Below are positions 9,567 through 15,354 of a stretch of DNA of 64,000 bases, in pieces. The translations under genes were made by a program, and so were the position numbers. The stretch is from Treponemataceae bacterium (GTDB lineage Bacteria; Spirochaetota; Spirochaetia; Treponematales; Rectinemataceae), in assembly GCA_963677895.2 (NCBI GenBank), contig CAXXGJ010000006.1, forward strand, positions 160,001-224,000, read 5' to 3'. Every line of letters starts with the position of its first letter. Positions within the stretch are counted from its first letter, which is position 1. The notes beneath the pieces are model-generated. The model was given only the letters and a program-made list of their open reading frames with translations. It was not told where the DNA came from and ran no database searches.

Positions 9567-10463
9567 TTACAAATTTATTATTTTTATTTTCTCCTCATGC
9601 GTACTTTCAATTGCTTCAGCCACACAGTGCCTATGGCATTGTTCGGGCAAGTGTTCATAGCACGTCAAGGCAACACTCTCTCCCTCCCTAATCCATATAC
9701 GAATCAATTCTAGTGATTCGCTTTTATTTGGAAGAATATTTTTTTTATATTCTTCGAAAAGATGATCATACTCTGCTTGTGTATCAAGATTTTTTCGTTG
9801 ATCGGACGCAATTCCCAAATCAGGCAAATGCTCATACCTGATTCCAACTCCTGCACAAGCCTTAAGCAAGGTATTCTTAGAAAATCCATATTTCCGGCTT
9901 ATTGGATTGCGACGTACATCACAAAGTAGGCTTACGCCACTTCGAATTAAAATATTCAGATACGCTTCCAGGGACAATCCTTCATACCCAATCGTCAGTA
10001 AGCCAGGACACTTTCTTGGTTTCGCTTCTTCGATTCGCTTCAATGCCTTGATATCTGAATGAAGGACCCTCTCCGCTATTTCACTTTTAATCCCGTAGTA
10101 TGGATATTTTCGATACGTTTCTGCAACTAATTCATCACCTCTCAAGCTTGAGTATTTTTGCATAAAACTGCTGATTTTTGTTTTGATATCGGGAGATACC
10201 ATTGTCGATGCCTCAAATCCCGATTGCGTCAATCGCCAATAATGTTCGTCAGGTGACAGCATTCCAGATTCGACCAAATGTCTGCGATCGGCATAGGATG
10301 TGAAGGAAAAGGCACCATACCGATATGGAATAAACTCGTAAAATGCGTTGACATCACACTCCTGGCAACTGAGAAAAAGTAGTTTCTGGAAGTCAAGATT
10401 TCCGACAGGACCATTAGCTGATGCCAACAGTGCCAGCAAGTATTTTTGTCGATGAAATATCAT
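9567..10463 (-). CDS. DUF488-domain protein with an N-terminal winged-helix-like domain
   Basis: TIGYEG, LCDVRRNPISRKYGFSK, YEHLPDLG, LTCYEHLPEQCHRH; N-terminal FQKLLFL...YEFIPYRYGAFS. Confidence 0.8.
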   Translation of the reverse strand: MIFHRQKYLLALLASANGPVGNLDFQKLLFLSCQECDVNAFYEFIPYRYGAFSFTSYADRRHLVESGMLSPDEHYWRLTQSGFEASTMVSPDIKTKISSFMQKYSSLRGDELVAETYRKYPYYGIKSEIAERVLHSDIKALKRIEEAKPRKCPGLLTIGYEGLSLEAYLNILIRSGVSLLCDVRRNPISRKYGFSKNTLLKACAGVGIRYEHLPDLGIASDQRKNLDTQAEYDHLFEEYKKNILPNKSESLELIRIWIREGESVALTCYEHLPEQCHRHCVAEAIESTHEEKIKIINL

Positions 10464-10511
10464 AGTGTCCTATTTACATTATACGAGAATATTTCAGCTT
10501 TACAAGTTCTC

Positions 10512-10604
10512 TTACTTCAACGCCGTATAGATTTCTTAAAGACTCTCGATACTAACTTCCAGTTTTTCGATGATCTCACCAGCGAGAATGTCAGGGTAAA
10601 GTAA
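10512..10604 (-). pseudogene. 3' remnant resembling the C-terminus of type I R-M methyltransferase HsdM
   Basis: Reads LLYPDILAGEIIEKLEVSIESL*EIYTALK*; internal stop at 10536-10538 and no upstream gene body. Confidence 0.55.
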
Positions 10605-10655
10605 AGGGTCACCATCTCTGGGAGCTCGGCATAAAGCATGGCAGAAGCGCGCAAC

Positions 10656-10676
10656 GGGTTGAAGCGGTTGTTCGTA
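10656..10676 (-). mobile_element. Truncated attC site (R''-L'' half only)
   Basis: Plus strand GGTTGAAGC-GGTT-GTTCG matches GGTTGAAGC-ATTT-GTTAG of the intact attC. It lies 15 nt after the DUF1801 stop; the complementary arm is absent. Confidence 0.6.
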
Positions 10677-10691
10677 AAATATTATTTCTTT

Positions 10692-11075
10692 CTATATTCG
10701 TCTCAATTCTCCATTATTGATTCTTATGTTTTTGTAATCCCATTGTATGCTTAGTGCTTCATCAAGCCACTTATTAAGTTCGTTTTCGTTTGTTTCTTCA
10801 ATTTTTGTATATACCCTTTCCGCAGCTTTGAATTTCCCGATTGGACTTAGCCCCTTGTTGCTGAAGGATTGTCCACTCCAAAAAAGTAGTGCAATTCCAT
10901 TTTTCTTTTTTGAATATCCGACTATCGGATTTTCGTCTATAAACCATACAGGAGCACCATGGTACATTTTTGATGTAGCGTTCTTCAGTTTTAGATTAAT
11001 CAAACCGCAGAGTTTTATGCAAATGTCTTTCAGGGTGCCTTCAAATTGATTGTTGTATTCTTCAAATTGATCCAT
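10692..11075 (-). CDS. DUF1801 (YdhG-like) protein, probable cassette gene
   Basis: Start MDQFEE at 11075 with GGAGGA RBS; K.YHGAPVWFIDENPIVGY..K...LLFWSGQSF. Confidence 0.8.
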   Translation of the reverse strand: MDQFEEYNNQFEGTLKDICIKLCGLINLKLKNATSKMYHGAPVWFIDENPIVGYSKKKNGIALLFWSGQSFSNKGLSPIGKFKAAERVYTKIEETNENELNKWLDEALSIQWDYKNIRINNGELRRI

Positions 11076-11275
11076 AATCCTCCGATATCTTGCTTGATCG
11101 AAGCAACATCTTTTATATGCTGGACGTATTTGCGCGCGTAGCATCAGGCTAATAAGTATGATGTCCTTCTTCGTAAAATACTTTTGAATAATCTATTTTC
11201 CATTAATATATTGTAGTTAAAACAAATATAACTCTTTTATACAACATAGCTATTTCAGCTCCATATAGTTGATCC

Positions 11276-11400
11276 GACTAACATAAGCTTAACCTTTAAA
11301 GCCTGGCCCGAGCTACTGCGAGGGATTGGCGTGGTTTGTGCATGTGATTTCTGCACAAACCATGCCAAAAGGCTTTATAAGGTTGAAGCATTTGTTAGGA
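11276..11400 (-). mobile_element. Integron attC recombination site (125 bp)
   Basis: R'' TCCTAAC (11400-11394) and R' GTTAGTC (11282-11276). Bottom-strand hairpin with unpaired spacer ATAA/ATTT and extrahelical G11385 and T11378. Inner 17-bp stem 11326-11342/11352-11368. Begins 7 nt after the RT stop. Confidence 0.9.
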
Positions 11401-11407
11401 TTCTTTT

Positions 11408-12730
11408 TTAAGACATTGCACTCATATCTTGTTCAATATCAAGAATACTCTTGTGTATTAATTTTTTAAATTTGTATTGCGCGTCATCTATATTTTTAAA
11501 CTGAATACCGATATAACTTAGTAGTTTTATTATCATATCGTCAGAATATTCATCATAATTGGGTATATATTTTGATTTTATGCCTTTTTTAGTTATTTCT
11601 TTATATACTCTAGATATCTTTTTAATTTTAAGCTCTTCACATTTATACCTTTTCATCTGTCTATTTATAAAGTGATCTATTGAAAATAATTCTTGAATAT
11701 TTTCTGTTTGTGAAAAAAAGAACATCCATCCATACTTTTTGTTTTCCCAAATAAATCCGGTAATTCTCAAGTTTACTCTAAACTCTAGTTTTTTTGGATT
11801 TTTTTTTGCCTGATGCTTATATATTGTTAGAAGACGTATAATAGATTCTTTGAATTTCCTTTTGCTCTTTAATCGAATTGATACTTTTCTATTTGAAAAA
11901 CAATATCCAAGGTAATCAAACTTATCATGAATTGGTGCAACCTTATACTTATCCCCATCATTAAAGACTAACTTGTATTTTTCAATTTCTTTGAATAATT
12001 TATTTTCTAAATACTTCCTATTATCAAAATTACATAAAATTAAAATATCATCAACGTACCTATAGTACTTAATATTTCTTATCTTTGAGATCTCTTTATC
12101 AAATGGAGTTAGATATACATTTGCAAGAATATTTGCTATAGATAAACCTTGCGGAACTCCTTTATCCCTGACAAAAATATCATCAGCTTTGTAAGCAGAA
12201 TTTGTATTTTTAATAGACGCCATAAGCAATTTTATAACTTCAACTTTTCTAATTTTTGTTTTAACTTGTTTTAATAGTATCTCGTGATCTATGCTTGGGT
12301 AATAATTTTTAACATCTAGCTTAATAAAGCAATTATACTGTAAGTCTTTAATACTTTTTGATATATCTGCAATTTGAGTATGCAGCCTTCTTTTTACTAA
12401 TTGTTCGGTAAATGCACTTTCAAGTATTTCGAATAATGCTCTTAAGACTAATCGATCTCTCAAAGTTGGCTTTTCAACAATTCTTGGACAACTATTGTAG
12501 CCTTTTGAAAGTAATTTTGCTTTATAGACAGTAAAACTATACGTTCCTGCCTTACACTTAGTAATAATTAACTCTGTGTGCAATGCAAAATCACGTCGAA
12601 ACTGATGGCTTGTCATTCCATCAATTCCTGAAGTTGCATTTAATCCAATTTTATCATCAAATATTGATAATAAAGCTTTATTTGTAAATATTTTATTAAA
12701 TTTTTCTGCAGAATTTAACTTAATAGCCAT
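11408..12730 (-). CDS. Reverse transcriptase, UG17/DRT10-like defence-associated type
   Basis: GIDG, SKG...PRIVEKPTLRDR, FIKLDVKNYYPSIDH, GVPQGLSIANILANVYL, YYRYVDDILI, FDYLGY, C-terminal YGWMFFFSQ. Likely start MAIKL at 12730, overlapping the SLATT stop (ORF track extends to 12814). Confidence 0.88.
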   Translation of the reverse strand: MAIKLNSAEKFNKIFTNKALLSIFDDKIGLNATSGIDGMTSHQFRRDFALHTELIITKCKAGTYSFTVYKAKLLSKGYNSCPRIVEKPTLRDRLVLRALFEILESAFTEQLVKRRLHTQIADISKSIKDLQYNCFIKLDVKNYYPSIDHEILLKQVKTKIRKVEVIKLLMASIKNTNSAYKADDIFVRDKGVPQGLSIANILANVYLTPFDKEISKIRNIKYYRYVDDILILCNFDNRKYLENKLFKEIEKYKLVFNDGDKYKVAPIHDKFDYLGYCFSNRKVSIRLKSKRKFKESIIRLLTIYKHQAKKNPKKLEFRVNLRITGFIWENKKYGWMFFFSQTENIQELFSIDHFINRQMKRYKCEELKIKKISRVYKEITKKGIKSKYIPNYDEYSDDMIIKLLSYIGIQFKNIDDAQYKFKKLIHKSILDIEQDMSAMS

Positions 12731-13290
12731 ATAAATATTCCTATCGGGATAACTAAGTAAATCAGAATTATTATTAGCCAAACTACTATATTTCGTATAA
12801 TAAAATAGCTCCATTCAAAAAATGATGGATTTGGAACAGTATTATTCTCAGAAGGATTTGTGGTTTTTCTAAGAAAACACTGAATAATTACTTTTTTATA
12901 ATCATATTCTGAGTGATTTTCAGTTTCCCTAAGCAATTGATCATATTGATCTTCAATATTCGCTGTACTATCATTTCTGTTTTCTGCAGAATAAGCATCA
13001 CTTATTAGTTTCCCGATACTAATATATTGTTCTTTTACTTGTCGGCATTCTTGTTTAAAATCTTTCTGCGATAGTAAAAGCGATACAACTAATACAATAA
13101 TCGAACCGAGCACTGAAAAGGTGTTTCTAATAGAGGAATCAACATTAGAAGGTATGATAGATACAGCAATAAGTAAAATTGAATACCACGGAATCAAGTA
13201 AGTACAGATTTTATAATTGAAATTCAATCTTTTTTCCATATTAATACGTACTTTTCTTGTAATCCACATTCTATCACTTAGCTTATTCAT
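12715..13290 (-). CDS. SLATT-domain transmembrane effector
   Basis: N-terminal W.TRKVRINMEKRL helix, two adjacent TM helices, Y..LL..TENHSEYDY, further C-terminal TM; GGAG RBS. Confidence 0.8.
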   Translation of the reverse strand: MNKLSDRMWITRKVRINMEKRLNFNYKICTYLIPWYSILLIAVSIIPSNVDSSIRNTFSVLGSIIVLVVSLLLSQKDFKQECRQVKEQYISIGKLISDAYSAENRNDSTANIEDQYDQLLRETENHSEYDYKKVIIQCFLRKTTNPSENNTVPNPSFFEWSYFIIRNIVVWLIIILIYLVIPIGIFIWLLS

Positions 13291-13299
13291 AACTACTCC

Positions 13300-13432
13300 A
13301 AAAAAAAGGGGGAATTCTTATAGGAACACCTTAACAACGCTTCTTGCAAAGCTTATCTCTCGATAAAAGCATTACTGCTTTTTTGAATAGAACACCTACA
13401 ATGTAAGCTGTGTAAACACAAAGAATCCCCCC
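13300..13432 (-). ncRNA. Putative RT template ncRNA
   Basis: 12-bp closing stem GGGGGGAUUCUU/AAGAAUUCCCCC followed by U8. Three abutting 5-bp GNRA hairpins (13380-13339), a UGUG-UUUA-CACA hairpin and two AGGUGUUC repeats. Confidence 0.78.
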
Positions 13433-13446
13433 AATAATCACAAAGT

Positions 13447-13468
13447 AATCCTAACAATTATTATACCG
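13447..13468 (-). mobile_element. Cassette 5' recombination point (G/TTAGGATT), attI-like, with adjacent TATAAT
   Basis: GTTAGGATT (13455-13447) is the exact 9-bp complement of the R'' end at 11394-11402; TATAAT at 13465-13460. Confidence 0.65.
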
Positions 13469-13700
13469 TTTATCATAAACTACTATTTAGGTAATCTATT
13501 CGCCAGTAACATATGACACCATCATTAGATGTTATATCTCTTTGAGTGATTCCGCAACATTTTTCGTGATTCTTATAATCCTACGTAAGTAATGAAGAGT
13601 AATGCAACTAACGCGATGGGCGCCTTACCATGCATTAACAAAGCCAAGGGTCAATTTACAGCAACTGCCCGCAATCGACAAACTCTTGATATCGTTTTTG

Positions 13701-14444
13701 CTATTTTTTTAAAATACTTGACGCATCGACAATGACTAGCATTTTCTCTTTACACTCATCCCAAAGCCGCGGCTCAGTAACTAGCTCGCACATAAAATGC
13801 GCGACATTAGCCATGGCGGTGGCTTTAGGCTTGAAAAGACTGCTCACAAGGCTCTCGTGTACCTTGTACTCGCTCACGTCGCCCTCTGTGAGGCTATCCG
13901 GGCGCACGACAACCCACTGGATTGCGGGATCGACGAGGCCGATCCTGTCGCGAAGGTAGTCGGCCGCATTCTGATTATCCGAGGCGGGGGGCACGAGGCC
14001 GCGCATGACCCAGAGAAGGGCCTTTTCCAAAACCCCCCGCCGCGCATCGGCAGCGCCTGGCACGTTGACCGAAACACTGCTCATGAGCACGAACTTGACC
14101 GCTTTTTCGGGCTTGAGAGCCTGAACAGCCGCGCAAGCCCTGGCGACGACCTGCGCCACAAGATCCCTGGGCTGACCGAAAATGCCTTTCATTGTCGTGG
14201 TTGTGTGGCCGAGGCAGGAAATGATCGCGTCGCATCCGGCGACGTACCGGCTAAGCTCGTCGTCGCCTAACGACAATAAATCGGCCTCGATTACCTCAAG
14301 CCCCTCCTTGCCGGCAACTCCTTCGGGCAGCCTGGCGCTTGAACGGACGATCGCGCGGACGGTGACTCCGCGTTCCAGAAGCTGCCTGAGGACGCGGCCG
14401 CCGGTGCGCCCGGTGCCACCCAATAAAAGCACGGTGATGTTCAC
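13701..14444 (-). CDS. NAD(P)H-binding atypical SDR oxidoreductase
   Basis: GGTGRTG Rossmann motif; WVVVRPDSL; GTGA overlap with the upstream HTH gene. Confidence 0.85.
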   Translation of the reverse strand: MNITVLLLGGTGRTGGRVLRQLLERGVTVRAIVRSSARLPEGVAGKEGLEVIEADLLSLGDDELSRYVAGCDAIISCLGHTTTTMKGIFGQPRDLVAQVVARACAAVQALKPEKAVKFVLMSSVSVNVPGAADARRGVLEKALLWVMRGLVPPASDNQNAADYLRDRIGLVDPAIQWVVVRPDSLTEGDVSEYKVHESLVSSLFKPKATAMANVAHFMCELVTEPRLWDECKEKMLVIVDASSILKK

Positions 14445-14671
14445 GATTCTTCCTCCGAATAGTGGAACACCTCGTTCAGCGGCACGCCGAACACGTTGGC
14501 GATTCGGAAGGCCATCTCCAGCGAAGGAGAATAACGGCCCTGCTCTATCGCGATTATTGTCTGCCTGGTCACACGCACGCGGTCCGCGAGCTCGGCCTGG
14601 GTCATCTCGCCCGCGGCGAACCTGAGCGTCCGAATGCTGTTGGTCACCCTCATCGACGAGTCCATGATCAA
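14441..14671 (-). CDS. XRE-family HTH transcriptional regulator
   Basis: MTQAELADRVRVTRQTIIAIEQGRYSPSLEMAFRIA. Confidence 0.92.
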   Translation of the reverse strand: MIMDSSMRVTNSIRTLRFAAGEMTQAELADRVRVTRQTIIAIEQGRYSPSLEMAFRIANVFGVPLNEVFHYSEEES

Positions 14672-15120
14672 TAACCCCTGCGGTAGATGACGATCTTGAC
14701 CACGGAGGACACGAGCCCCCCTATCATCATGGTCAAAAAGAGGGCGTTCGCGATCCAGAACTGGTCAGCCCTCACCATGGCGAGGGCTATGACGCCGAGA
14801 ATGCCCACCGACGCGACGTAGTAGCCGACAAGCTCGCCGCGGCGGTTGATGTGGTCATCCCTCTCGTCTTTGCGGCCGATATCGTCCGCCGAGCCCCTGT
14901 GTCGTATCTCGGCAGCGACGGCGGAGCCGATCGACATGAGTATCATGCCAACGATCGTCGCGACGATAATGGCTCCGATGGCCATGAGCATTGGTTTCTG
15001 ATAGGCGATATGGGCCAGCGGCACGCTTCCCATCTGATTGAGAACAAAGGAGCAATAAATTCCCGTGACCAGCACGGTCACAATGGTTGAAACCCAGGTG
15101 GCTCTCTCTTCGTACGACAT
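14668..15120 (-). CDS. Small 4-TM membrane protein with DERD motif (XRE operon partner)
   Basis: Start MSYEER at 15120 with GGAGG RBS; KDERD between the TM pairs. Confidence 0.7.
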   Translation of the reverse strand: MSYEERATWVSTIVTVLVTGIYCSFVLNQMGSVPLAHIAYQKPMLMAIGAIIVATIVGMILMSIGSAVAAEIRHRGSADDIGRKDERDDHINRRGELVGYYVASVGILGVIALAMVRADQFWIANALFLTMMIGGLVSSVVKIVIYRRGY

Positions 15121-15131
15121 CGAAACCTCCA

Positions 15132-15200
15132 ACATGTCAAGAATGTTTGACATGTGCTAATGTAAAGCTATCTATACATTATGTCAAGGATGTTATACAA
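15132..15200. promoter_or_regulatory. Three tandem operator palindromes, ATGTcAA-N6-TtgACAT
   Basis: 15132-15155 (perfect 9-bp arms), 15159-15180 and 15181-15200, upstream of the XRE operon. Confidence 0.75.
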
Positions 15201-15307
15201 AAAAATATTATTCAGTGAGCAGGGTGCGTGACCAAACGGGAGCCGATTCCCGATTGGTCATGACTTTTCGGGAATCCGTTTCATTTTAGTCCTTTGTAAA
15301 GCGCAGA

Positions 15308-15335
15308 AGCCGCCCGGAATGACGCCCGGGCGGCT
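15308..15335 (-). terminator. Hairpin terminator after alkaline phosphatase
   Basis: AGCCGCCCGG / CCGGGCGGCT inverted repeat. Confidence 0.6.
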
Positions 15336-15354
15336 CTCAATATTTTTAAAATTT

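Noticed and set aside
10671..11180. 11-bp direct repeat TTCGTAAAATA (10671 and 11170) as a target-site duplication
   Set aside because: Short and AT-rich, with no element ends or transposase; plausibly chance.
11326..11368. Simple rho-independent terminator after the RT
   Set aside because: The stem is nested inside a larger hairpin with R/L boxes and extrahelical bases, so it is the attC variable terminal structure.
11276..12730. Group II intron or DGR
   Set aside because: YVDD rather than YADD, and no room for intron RNA domains. The downstream hairpin has attC hallmarks rather than domain V/VI. No TR/VR repeat pair was seen.
12731..12814. N-terminal RT extension given by the ORF track
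   Set aside because: It overlaps the SLATT C-terminus by 100 nt. The ATG at 12730 has an AGGA RBS and a short coupling overlap, so it is the more likely start.
11408..13432. Retron interpretation of the RT and inverted-repeat-bounded RNA
   Set aside because: The closing stem resembles a1/a2, but the RT lacks the retron NAxxH and VTG signatures (it has FDYLGY) and there is no long msd hairpin. The SLATT partner and motifs fit UG17/DRT10 better. A phylogeny is needed to exclude it fully.
13456..13700. Integron integrase remnant
   Set aside because: No ORF or recognisable tyrosine recombinase motif was seen.
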